IMG/VR virus record: IMGVR_UViG_3300048554_000415 | Span: 1 to 52,238 of that record | Direction: 5' to 3' (one strand) | Length of the DNA stretch: 52,238 nt | Origin: a virus | Lineage: Duplodnaviria; Caudoviricetes | The notes under the pieces: generated by a model | Databases searched by the model: none | Seen by the model: only the letters and a program-made list of their open reading frames with translations | What the model was told of the DNA's origin: nothing | Shown: positions 7,090-16,372 of the stretch, in pieces | Position numbering within the stretch: position 1 is the first letter of the stretch | How the letters are laid out: each line of letters opens with the position of its first letter | Position numbers and translations under genes: made by a program

Positions 7090-9836
7090 TGGCTAACGTA
7101 CAATTCTATGAAGATAACATACTCAACGGGTATGACAATTATACATACAATTGGAAAATTATTATGGTGCGTCCAGAAGACGTTGCCAAGTACGATGAAG
7201 TTCTCAAAACAAAAAGATTTAAAGTTATTGCTCACAGCGGTGTAGAATCTGAAGTAAACATACAAAGTGTAACACACGAAATGAAGCTGTCATTTAATAA
7301 GCAGTTACCTGACAGAGAAGCAGTAGCTAATGTTTTTAGTGCAAATTTAATTGAACCACTGGGCTCTACACTTTATACTAGAATTTATAAAGCCGCTCGA
7401 GATTTAAACATTACTAATCATTTAAAAGCCGCTTATTTGCTACAACTTAACTTTCTAGGATATCTTCCTGATGGTACGCCAGTTGAAAAAATTACTCAAA
7501 CATACAACTATATGTGTACACTTACTGGATTAGATTTTAGCTACAGAGATGGAGCAACACAATACAGAGCTGACTTTATGGAAACTACACAAGATGCTTT
7601 TAAAAAGTTAGCTTTGCATCTTAAATCTGAGATTAGTATTACTGCTAGTAATTACGGCGGGTTTTTAGGAGAACTTTCTAGATTAGTTAATGAACAAGAA
7701 AAAGAACAAACACTATCTTCCACTGTAAAAAGATTTTGGCACGAATATACACTAACAACAGGTGCTGACGTAGCTGAATGGCAAGAGTGGGCATTTGATA
7801 CAGGTGCTGGCAATAGTGAAGAAAATCCAGATTTTGCAGGTGTAAGTGTTACAGGAGACGGAACCTTAACGTTTAAGGCAGATCAAGGATCTAGTATAAG
7901 TGATCTTATGATTATTGGTTTGATGCACACAACAAAATTTAGAAAACTACCAACAGCGAAAAATGCATTTCATAAAGAAAACCCCAATGATGCAGTTGCA
8001 CTTAAAGATACATTTGCAGATTTAAGCAAGTGGTTTACTTTTGATACAGATGTAGTATATGATGTGTTTGACGTGTTGAGTAGAGACTATAAAAAGAAGT
8101 TTACATATAAGATTGATGGTTTCATTGTTCCTGAACTTGTACATGATAATATATCGTTTATGGATATGTTTGATGATCAAAAATTACAGGAAGATAGATT
8201 AGGAAACATTGTTTCCAATGATCTGTTGAAGAAAAGGTTTGACTATACTTTTACTGGACTGAATACAGAAGTTCTCAATTTAGACATTTATCTTAATAAT
8301 ACATACTATACTTTACAAGCACTTAATCAAGGTGAGAGAACAAAGATTGGTCAAACTTTTGCAGGTGAAGGTGGTCCGGACCAAGAGCTAAATCAAATTG
8401 AATCCGATAGACAAGGTCTTAGAAATAAAATTACAGAAAATCAGAATAAGATATCGGCACTTAAACAAAAAGTTAAAGCTAACAACGATCAGATTGAAAA
8501 TTTATCCGGCGCAGAAGGATCTGAAATTCCTGAAGCTGAAAGTGCTATAGGATCTATAGTTGCTGAAAACACTGCCGCTCAAGCTGAGATAGTTGATTTA
8601 GAAAGTCAAAACGAAGCACTAGAAGTAGATATTAAAAAACTTGTCCCAGAGCAAGAGAAACTAACACTAGAAAAAGAGGCAGCCGATAGATTAAAACAAG
8701 GTGATTTAAATTCTCTAAACTCTGGTGAGAATTATATTAGACAACAAGATATAATTGGACAACCTCGAAATGACAAGTTTAGTAATCCTCATGTGTTTGA
8801 CATAAGTCATGTAAACAGTAAAGCTACTAATGGCCCAGATGAAGGCGATACTAGTGGAGCTGTATTACTAGGCGCTGTTGAAATTAATTTAAATGCTATG
8901 ACAGATCTTGCTGTGCAACAAATTGAAATAAGAGGTGATCCGTATTGGCTTGGTAGACCCAAATCTAGACAAGGAAAAAGAACAGGCAAAGGTGCAAATT
9001 ATACTAGAGGAGGAGTAAGTTATTTTCTTAATCTAAATCTTCCGACGTATCCTGAAGATGATGGACCAGAGACTGGGTCAGGACTAATGAATATACCTGA
9101 GGCAAATTTTGCTATTATTGGATTGTATAGAGTACACTCAGTAGTTGCTAGATATTCAGATGGTCAATTTACAATGACACTAGATTCTTTTAGAGATCAA
9201 AATACAAATATAGGTAGACTGTGGACTTTTTTAAGCAAAGGTCAAATGCCTACAGGTGACAAACGTACAACAGAGCCACTTAATCTTCCAGAAGGTGAAG
9301 ACGAATTAGACATAGATACTACACCTCAAGTAGATACTGAAAGTATTGGAGATCCAGTTGATGGCAATGTTGTAACTCCTAATGTTACAGAAAGTCAATC
9401 TAATGTAGCAAGCGTAAGAAAATTATCAATAGCAAGTGATTTAAAAGCTATCTTACAAACTGCCGCAAGCCGTACAGGAGTTAATGTTGATGTCAGAAGT
9501 GGTGGACAAGACAGTAGTACTGGATTTACAGGAAGTACAAGACACAACAACGGACATGCGGCTGATGTTGCACTTACACTAGCAGACGGCACAAGACTGA
9601 CAACAACTAATCCACAACATTTACCTATTATTACAAACTTTCTTGCAGAAGCTAAAAAAGCAGGAGCAACTGGCATTGGTGCAGGAAATGGTTATATGGG
9701 CAACAATACTTTCCATATAGATAACGCACAACAATACGGACAAGGTAATGCAGGATACTGGGGTGGACAACTCGATGGAGGTACATTTAGATCTCGCAAT
9801 GCTCCGGGTTGGTTAAGAGATATATTTACAGCATAG
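7089..9836 (+). CDS. Baseplate hub protein (gp27-like) with coiled-coil insert and C-terminal M15/LAS-type peptidase domain
   Basis: IEIRGDPYWL and GLYRVHSVVARYSDGQFTMTL hub-like motifs. C-terminal RHNNGHAADV (H-x6-D) plus FHID. Located between gp53 and gp5. Confidence 0.65.
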   Translation: MANVQFYEDNILNGYDNYTYNWKIIMVRPEDVAKYDEVLKTKRFKVIAHSGVESEVNIQSVTHEMKLSFNKQLPDREAVANVFSANLIEPLGSTLYTRIYKAARDLNITNHLKAAYLLQLNFLGYLPDGTPVEKITQTYNYMCTLTGLDFSYRDGATQYRADFMETTQDAFKKLALHLKSEISITASNYGGFLGELSRLVNEQEKEQTLSSTVKRFWHEYTLTTGADVAEWQEWAFDTGAGNSEENPDFAGVSVTGDGTLTFKADQGSSISDLMIIGLMHTTKFRKLPTAKNAFHKENPNDAVALKDTFADLSKWFTFDTDVVYDVFDVLSRDYKKKFTYKIDGFIVPELVHDNISFMDMFDDQKLQEDRLGNIVSNDLLKKRFDYTFTGLNTEVLNLDIYLNNTYYTLQALNQGERTKIGQTFAGEGGPDQELNQIESDRQGLRNKITENQNKISALKQKVKANNDQIENLSGAEGSEIPEAESAIGSIVAENTAAQAEIVDLESQNEALEVDIKKLVPEQEKLTLEKEAADRLKQGDLNSLNSGENYIRQQDIIGQPRNDKFSNPHVFDISHVNSKATNGPDEGDTSGAVLLGAVEINLNAMTDLAVQQIEIRGDPYWLGRPKSRQGKRTGKGANYTRGGVSYFLNLNLPTYPEDDGPETGSGLMNIPEANFAIIGLYRVHSVVARYSDGQFTMTLDSFRDQNTNIGRLWTFLSKGQMPTGDKRTTEPLNLPEGEDELDIDTTPQVDTESIGDPVDGNVVTPNVTESQSNVASVRKLSIASDLKAILQTAASRTGVNVDVRSGGQDSSTGFTGSTRHNNGHAADVALTLADGTRLTTTNPQHLPIITNFLAEAKKAGATGIGAGNGYMGNNTFHIDNAQQYGQGNAGYWGGQLDGGTFRSRNAPGWLRDIFTA

Positions 9837-9850
9837 GTTAGGATAAAAAA

Positions 9851-11488
9851 ATGAGATACAGTACATCAAATAGCGTAGGCAGAACAGGAGCTCCAAAAGA
9901 GTATAACAAAATGGCTGGCGCTGGCGGAATTCCTAAACTCACAGGAATGTTTATTTGTAAAGTAATTGACCTTGTTGATGATCGATACGAAGGATTTATG
10001 TATGTAGAAGTTATCGGACAAGGGTATACTGGATCAACTGGCGAAGCAGATAAAAGAAAAGAATTTCATAGAGTAAGACGAGGCAGTCCATACGGTGGTA
10101 GCTATCAGTTTACTGGATTTACAAACACATATGGTATGAGTTGTCATCCACCTGCTCCAGGAACTCAAATATTAGTTGCCTTTTGCAATAACAGTGATGT
10201 TGGGGTAATGATAAGTGTATTACCAGACACAACAAGAAATGCTGGCGTACCTACTAATCCAGCAACTTATGTTGAAAGTGAACCCGGTTCTGTTGGCCCA
10301 ACATATGATCCAAGTGTATTACTTCCACAAGTTGACAATAAAAGACCAAGAGCTAATCCTGAAAGTCACAATGTGGGTGAGTCTAGTGAATACAAAGATA
10401 ATTGTAACACAAACAATGGCGGTGCAGAAGTTGGCGAGCAAGGGATAGGTATAGATAGTCTCAGAGGACTTAGTAGCAGTAGTCAAAGAAGAGAAAGCCC
10501 TACACAAGTATTTGGTTTTAATACACCTGGCGGGCATCATTTTGTTATGGATGATGGTACAAAAGAATTAAGTGATACATGCTTAACTCCTGACAAAGCA
10601 AGACAAAAAGGGTTGAGTAACCTATGTCGCTGGCGCAGTGCAGGAGGTGCTCAAATATTAATGCATGACGGCACTGGAATGATTTATATTATAAATCAAA
10701 ACGGAAGTAGCTGGATACAGATGAGTTCCGATGGAAAAATTGATGTCTATGGCAGTGGCGATATTAGTATGCACACAGAAAATGACTTCAACTTATATTG
10801 CGGCGGCGCCTTTAATTTAGATGCTGATAGTATTAATATGAAAGCAAGAGAAAAAGACGGAATAACTGTAGAAGCCACTTTGGGAGAATTTAATTTACAT
10901 TGTAACAAAGATTTAAAGTTGACAAGTGATTTAAACGGACATATTAAGTGCGAAGGCTTCCACAGAACAACTGCATCACTAATAGATTTGAACGGCCCAG
11001 CGGCAACACCAGCTACAAAAACTGTTACACTTAACAGGACTGAAAATACAACTATTAAAGAGAGTATTAATACTAGAGTACCAGAAGCTGAACCGTGGGG
11101 AGGTCACACCGAAGAACAAGAGATATTACCACAACCTGCAAGTCCAAATACAGACTTGACTGCAACAGATATAGATGTAAGCAACTTAGGGCAAGATCAA
11201 TGTACAGGTCCAGTGCCAGATGATGTAAGTGGATTAATAGGTACATTGCCCAGCGGTGAAGAAAAAACATCAAATCCTAGAAAAGGATTATCAGCTAAAA
11301 ATAACCTAGGTAACCTAGATCCTAATTTAGTAGCCGCAGGATTTAATAGTAGTAATATAGCATATAAAAAAGGTGGCCCAGGAAAAGGAGGATATGTGAG
11401 AACAGATCGTCCGGGATGGTACAAAGATGATGCTCCGGTCACATATTTGTCAACAGATCCTATAAAAAGACCTGGTGGTGCTCAATGA
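9851..11488 (+). CDS. gp5: Baseplate central spike protein (gp5/VgrG-like OB-fold plus beta-helix)
   Basis: YGMSCHPPAPGTQILVAF OB-fold motif, TPGGHHFVMDD, SAGGAQILMHD, beta-repeat region, RVPEAEPW. Confidence 0.7.
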   Translation: MRYSTSNSVGRTGAPKEYNKMAGAGGIPKLTGMFICKVIDLVDDRYEGFMYVEVIGQGYTGSTGEADKRKEFHRVRRGSPYGGSYQFTGFTNTYGMSCHPPAPGTQILVAFCNNSDVGVMISVLPDTTRNAGVPTNPATYVESEPGSVGPTYDPSVLLPQVDNKRPRANPESHNVGESSEYKDNCNTNNGGAEVGEQGIGIDSLRGLSSSSQRRESPTQVFGFNTPGGHHFVMDDGTKELSDTCLTPDKARQKGLSNLCRWRSAGGAQILMHDGTGMIYIINQNGSSWIQMSSDGKIDVYGSGDISMHTENDFNLYCGGAFNLDADSINMKAREKDGITVEATLGEFNLHCNKDLKLTSDLNGHIKCEGFHRTTASLIDLNGPAATPATKTVTLNRTENTTIKESINTRVPEAEPWGGHTEEQEILPQPASPNTDLTATDIDVSNLGQDQCTGPVPDDVSGLIGTLPSGEEKTSNPRKGLSAKNNLGNLDPNLVAAGFNSSNIAYKKGGPGKGGYVRTDRPGWYKDDAPVTYLSTDPIKRPGGAQ

Positions 11489-12387
11489 CCGAAACTACAG
11501 TTATTAGAAAACTTCAAACAGTATGGAGTGACTTTACTGTAAAAGACGAAAGTTTGTACTCTACACAACTTGAGTTGTCTACGACAATTGCCAGTGAAAG
11601 TCTAAAAGACCTTTGTTTAAACTTCTTTGGTAATTATAGCGGATTCAACGGTACTGCTTACGGTGAAGGATTTTTTGATCTAGGATTAACTGAGCAAGAA
11701 TCATATGATTATTGGCAAAAGATATTCAATGAGCAACAAGCTCTTGCTAAAAAGCAATTAATTAATGCAGGCATAACAACTATACCTCAAAGTGTATATG
11801 ATGGACTAATATTGTTACATTGGGTTACTAAGAGAGTGTTAACTGTTATAAACAAAGATGTAACTTATGATCTAACAGATCCTTTACTACAACAAAAGTA
11901 TGATATAGTAGCAGATATGATATTCAACAGTAGTGACAATAAAGCTCTTTGTAGAATTGGTGCTACTGTATTGCGACTAGCTGACTACGGAAGACCAAAG
12001 TCTCGCACTTGGCAACGTAGTAATGGTGTATTCAAACTCAGAGACTTTAATGAAAAAGGCATACTAACTACAGACCAGCTAAAAAGAGCTAGATTTAGTT
12101 ATTATGCTGAAACTTTAAATTTTCTACCTTTTACACCAGAAGGACTACAAAGACAAATTGTAAAAGAATATGAAACTTCGTTGGTAGTACAAAACTTTAC
12201 ATTTAGTGGCACTAATACATTTACTTTGGAAAGAGCGCCTGCGATGACGCCACAAGAAAAAATTAAAGTATTCATAAATGACGCTGTACAACAACACTTT
12301 TATGATTTTACAGTAGACGGGTTTACACTAACAATTAGTAAAGCTATGAATACAGGCGATATTGTTAGAACAATCATTAAAATATAA
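11485..12387 (+). CDS. Baseplate-associated lysozyme-like protein (probably catalytically dead) with C-terminal beta-sandwich
   Basis: GH24-like landmarks (AYGEG, GLTEQES, IPQSVYDGL), but FFG where FEG is expected. Lies between gp5 and gp25. Confidence 0.5.
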   Translation: MTETTVIRKLQTVWSDFTVKDESLYSTQLELSTTIASESLKDLCLNFFGNYSGFNGTAYGEGFFDLGLTEQESYDYWQKIFNEQQALAKKQLINAGITTIPQSVYDGLILLHWVTKRVLTVINKDVTYDLTDPLLQQKYDIVADMIFNSSDNKALCRIGATVLRLADYGRPKSRTWQRSNGVFKLRDFNEKGILTTDQLKRARFSYYAETLNFLPFTPEGLQRQIVKEYETSLVVQNFTFSGTNTFTLERAPAMTPQEKIKVFINDAVQQHFYDFTVDGFTLTISKAMNTGDIVRTIIKI

Positions 12388-12409
12388 TAAACTGGGCAGT
12401 TAATTTTAC

Positions 12410-12417
12410 CATAAATA
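12410..12417 (+). promoter_or_regulatory. Late promoter variant CATAAATA
   Basis: Intergenic, 5 nt before the gp25 ATG (12423), with no SD in between. Confidence 0.65.
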
Positions 12418-12422
12418 ATAGT

Positions 12423-12785
12423 ATGGTGACCTACATTGGATATAGCACAATAGATAGTATTAGTGGAAGCAAGACGCTGACAGACTCAGATATTGCAAAA
12501 CGTGATTTATTGAATCACTTTTATACTCGGCGTGGAGAAAGAGTACAAAATCCTTTATTTGGTAGTATATTACCGGATCTAGTTTTTGAACCTTTAGACG
12601 AATCCACTATCAGAGAAGCTACCGAAGATGTCGACAGAATTGTTAATAATGATCCTAGATGGAATGTATTAGAAACATTGGTTACTAAGCCAGATGATCA
12701 TACATTAAATATTAAGGTTAGGATGGCATACATGTCTTCAGGTACAGCAGAAGAACTGTTTTTAACATTTACAGGTGAGGAATAA
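12423..12785 (+). CDS. gp25: Baseplate wedge subunit gp25
   Basis: TRRGERVQNPLFGS..PDLVFEPL...DPR motifs. 120 aa, directly upstream of gp6. Confidence 0.9.
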   Translation: MVTYIGYSTIDSISGSKTLTDSDIAKRDLLNHFYTRRGERVQNPLFGSILPDLVFEPLDESTIREATEDVDRIVNNDPRWNVLETLVTKPDDHTLNIKVRMAYMSSGTAEELFLTFTGEE

Positions 12786-15700
12786 TGGCACAAGGCGCAC
12801 GACAGAGTAGTTTGTTTGCCGCGGAAGATTTTACCGTAGCATATGAAAGTTTTGCACAAGCAAACTTACAAGCATATGATTTTGAAACTATACGAAATGC
12901 TATGGTTGAATATATTAGAACAAACTATCCAGAAAACTTTAACGACTACATTAACAGTAGTGAATTTATAGCACTCATTGAATTGATTGCATTTTTAGGA
13001 CACAACTTAGCATTTAGAGCAGATCTAGGACAAAGAGAAAACTATCTTAGTACAGCAGATCGTAGACAAAGTGCTTTGCGTATTGCTGAATTTTTAGGAT
13101 ATACTCCAACTAGAAATGTCGTGGCTAGTGGATATTTAAAAATTGATAGTATTAGTACCAAAGAGGATATCTTTGATGCATCTGGTAACTCACTGCGAGA
13201 TGTAAAAGTACAATTTGAAGATATAACAGATCCTTCCAGTTATCAAAATTTTCTTACTATTATGAATTCAGTATTACAAAGTAGTAGTCAATTTGGATCA
13301 CCTTTTTCGAGTTTTGTACAAGGTAACGTACAGAATGACATATACAGAACTAACAGTACAAATAACAAAGCTGTTAGAGAATTTAATGGTAGAATAAACG
13401 GAGCCAGTAGTACATTTAGTTTGCACAGTGTAGGACTTGACAGCTTAACAAATTCATTGCAAGAAAAAGAACCTGATCCATATGGAAAGATCGATATACT
13501 ATACAAAAACGATAACAGTGGATTTGGCAGTGCAAACACAGGATTTTTTATGGGATTTAAACAAGGAAGTTTGTTATACAAAGATTTTAATATAACAAAC
13601 GGTCTTCCTAACCTAGTGTTAGATATCAATAGTGATAATATAGCAAATGGAAATGTTTGGGTTCAATCAATAAACAGTGCTGGACAAGTTCAGAAGAAGT
13701 GGACTAGAGTTGATAGATTATTTGGTTCAAGTACAATTTTTAATGCTAGACAAAATAAAATTAGAGACATATACAGCATTAGTAGCAGAGAAAATGATCA
13801 AATTAGTGTTGTATTTTCAGACGGAAACTTTGGTAACATTCCACGTGGAATTATCAGGGTATGGTATAGAACTGGAGCCAATTTATCATATACACTAACA
13901 CCAGACAATTTTTCAAGTGTTAACTTTGCTTTTGATTATACCGGCAGAGATGGTAACATACACACAGCTAGTGTTAGAGCAAGTTTAAAAAGTATAGTTA
14001 CCAATGCAAGTGCAAAAGAAAGTGTAGCCAGTATTAAAGCTAATGCTCCAAGATATTTTGCAACACAAGACAGATTAGTCACAGCTGAAGATTATGCAAT
14101 TGGTGCGTTAACAGCTAGTGGTAATGTTAGAAAGATTAAAAGTGTTAATAGAGTTCACAGCGGACACAGTAGATTTAGAGACTTGTACGATCCAACAGCA
14201 ACTTATACAGATGCTACACAGTACAGTGATGATGTATACATGTATCAAAACAATGTAACTGATAGAAGTTTAGTTTCATTGCCTAATAATTTAACAGGTC
14301 GTCAAATCTTTAACAAGTATCTAAAGCCTATGCTGTCTAATCCAGAATTGTTTAATTTTTATTACAGTAGACAAGGCTATTCAAGTTCAACACATAATGC
14401 ATTCCAAGATTTTAATGATACAACTGTAGGGATAACTGTTCTTAATAGTACACAAACTGATGAAACAAATGTGTTTAGATTCAATCAAATTACTAAAGGA
14501 AGTAATGGTTGTAGTGGTTATATAACACAAAATAGTATTGTACAACGTATGGGACTAATGGCTACAAACAGTTTAAAGAAAGCTGATATCAACGGGTTAG
14601 TTGAATTTATTCAAAGCCCATATAAGATGGGATATATTGCTACTATAGCTGTGGTTGATGGCGGCAGTGGATACACCAGTACACCAACTGTTACTGTTAC
14701 AGGCGCAGGCTCTGGCGCAACTGCAAGTTGTACAATAGCAAATGGTCAAGTAACAAGTGTCGCAGTTCTTACTAGCGGTGCAAACTATAATCAATCGACA
14801 AATGTTGCAATAAGCGGCGGCGGCGGAAATGGCGCAGTTGTTAAAGCTAGTGTTACTGATGCTAAAACCCAATGGGTTAAAGTTGATAAACTTTATAAAG
14901 GCGGCATCGGAGACGATGATGTAAATGGTACACCTACTGGCATTGACAATACTGGTAAAGGTGCTATAGTATTAGGATCCGTTGTAGCAGATAAAAGTAG
15001 AATTAGAAGAATTGTTCCAAGAATTAGTACAGATTTAGATGAAGTAACACTTGAAAGTGTTATTGCAAAAATAGATGCTAAACTTACATTTGGACTTCGT
15101 TATAATGCGGCGGCACAAAAATGGATTGTAATCAATGGTGCAAATTTACCTGTAAACAGTATCACACTAAATGATGCAAGTCAATGGAATAGACAGTACG
15201 AAGGAGACGGTTCGAGTACTGGAATAGATAATAGTTGGTTGATAAGATTTAATCATACTGCAACCAGTTGGGAGATGCTACAAAGAAAAACTCAATATGT
15301 GTTTGGTAGCCCTGACAAGTTGAAGTTTACAAATTTAAACTTCAATGCTTCGTTTAGTAGCGAAACATTAAAACCTCTCAGAGACAATCTCAAAGTATTA
15401 AAGATTAATCCAAAAAGTTCTATAGATTCAAATCCATTGGGAACAGATTACAAGTTTAATGCTTTTGGATATTTCACATACACAGATGGATATACAGATC
15501 CTCACAATATTAGAATGAGCATTGCTGATCCAGACAACGATGGATATCCTAATAATCCGGAAGCATTTAATATTATAGTTGGATCTGAGACTATTAAACT
15601 AGGAACAAAAACTGTTCAAGGTTATGATTATTCTATTGTAGATAACACAAACGGAACAACTGTTGTATCAGGTATTTCAAATTTACACTGCCAATATGAT

Positions 15701-16372
15701 AGAATAGCTGATTTAAATCAACTAATTGATCCTGCGACTACAAATATAATTGATACATATGTACTCACTGGTAGCTACAACACATTGTTTAGAAATTGGG
15801 CATTGTATGATGGAAGAGCTGAGACACAACCCAATCAACCTTCAATTAGTGAATTAACAGACTTGTTCGATGGATTAAACAGCAAAAAGTCAATCAGTGA
15901 TCAAGTGATATACAGACCAGTAAAATATAAACTATTGTTTGGCGACATAGCAAGCGGAGACTTGCAAGCTAAATTTAATGTAACTAAAACTTCCAACAGT
16001 ACACTTACCGATACTGAAATTAAACAACGTGTGATAGCACTAATTACAACTTATTTTAATATTGATAACTGGGACTTTGGAGAAGACTTTTACTTTACTG
16101 AAATGGCGGCATTCATTCATAATAATATGATTGGAGAGATTAGTCAAATTACTATTGAAAGTGTTGCTGACCCTTCCAATGCAATCAAACTATTTGAGAT
16201 ATCCAGCGCCAGTGATGAATTATTTTTGCCAGTAGTAAAAAGCAGTAATATATCTGTAACTAGAAGTCAAATAGGAAACTTAACAACTATTGGAGAAAAC
16301 TCCACTGGTAATACAAGTTCAGGCGCTACAAGCGGAAGCAGTAGTTCCAGCAGTGGAGGCGGAGGCTACTAA
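12785..16372 (+). CDS. gp6: Baseplate wedge subunit gp6-like (extended)
   Basis: DFETIR, FNDY..SS, ENYLSTA..RQS, LGYTP, FSDGNFGNIP, ESVASIKANAP...QDRLVTAEDY. Confidence 0.88.
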   Translation: MAQGARQSSLFAAEDFTVAYESFAQANLQAYDFETIRNAMVEYIRTNYPENFNDYINSSEFIALIELIAFLGHNLAFRADLGQRENYLSTADRRQSALRIAEFLGYTPTRNVVASGYLKIDSISTKEDIFDASGNSLRDVKVQFEDITDPSSYQNFLTIMNSVLQSSSQFGSPFSSFVQGNVQNDIYRTNSTNNKAVREFNGRINGASSTFSLHSVGLDSLTNSLQEKEPDPYGKIDILYKNDNSGFGSANTGFFMGFKQGSLLYKDFNITNGLPNLVLDINSDNIANGNVWVQSINSAGQVQKKWTRVDRLFGSSTIFNARQNKIRDIYSISSRENDQISVVFSDGNFGNIPRGIIRVWYRTGANLSYTLTPDNFSSVNFAFDYTGRDGNIHTASVRASLKSIVTNASAKESVASIKANAPRYFATQDRLVTAEDYAIGALTASGNVRKIKSVNRVHSGHSRFRDLYDPTATYTDATQYSDDVYMYQNNVTDRSLVSLPNNLTGRQIFNKYLKPMLSNPELFNFYYSRQGYSSSTHNAFQDFNDTTVGITVLNSTQTDETNVFRFNQITKGSNGCSGYITQNSIVQRMGLMATNSLKKADINGLVEFIQSPYKMGYIATIAVVDGGSGYTSTPTVTVTGAGSGATASCTIANGQVTSVAVLTSGANYNQSTNVAISGGGGNGAVVKASVTDAKTQWVKVDKLYKGGIGDDDVNGTPTGIDNTGKGAIVLGSVVADKSRIRRIVPRISTDLDEVTLESVIAKIDAKLTFGLRYNAAAQKWIVINGANLPVNSITLNDASQWNRQYEGDGSSTGIDNSWLIRFNHTATSWEMLQRKTQYVFGSPDKLKFTNLNFNASFSSETLKPLRDNLKVLKINPKSSIDSNPLGTDYKFNAFGYFTYTDGYTDPHNIRMSIADPDNDGYPNNPEAFNIIVGSETIKLGTKTVQGYDYSIVDNTNGTTVVSGISNLHCQYDRIADLNQLIDPATTNIIDTYVLTGSYNTLFRNWALYDGRAETQPNQPSISELTDLFDGLNSKKSISDQVIYRPVKYKLLFGDIASGDLQAKFNVTKTSNSTLTDTEIKQRVIALITTYFNIDNWDFGEDFYFTEMAAFIHNNMIGEISQITIESVADPSNAIKLFEISSASDELFLPVVKSSNISVTRSQIGNLTTIGENSTGNTSSGATSGSSSSSSGGGGY

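Noticed and set aside
12390-12401. AACTG-GG-CAGTT inverted repeat before the gp25 promoter
   Set aside because: Only 5-bp arms with a 2-nt loop, which is expected by chance and too weak for a terminator.
5605-16372. Bacterial eCIS/T6SS/tailocin interpretation of the baseplate genes
   Set aside because: Linked gp55, gp46/47 and TATAAATA promoters indicate a T4-related lytic phage.
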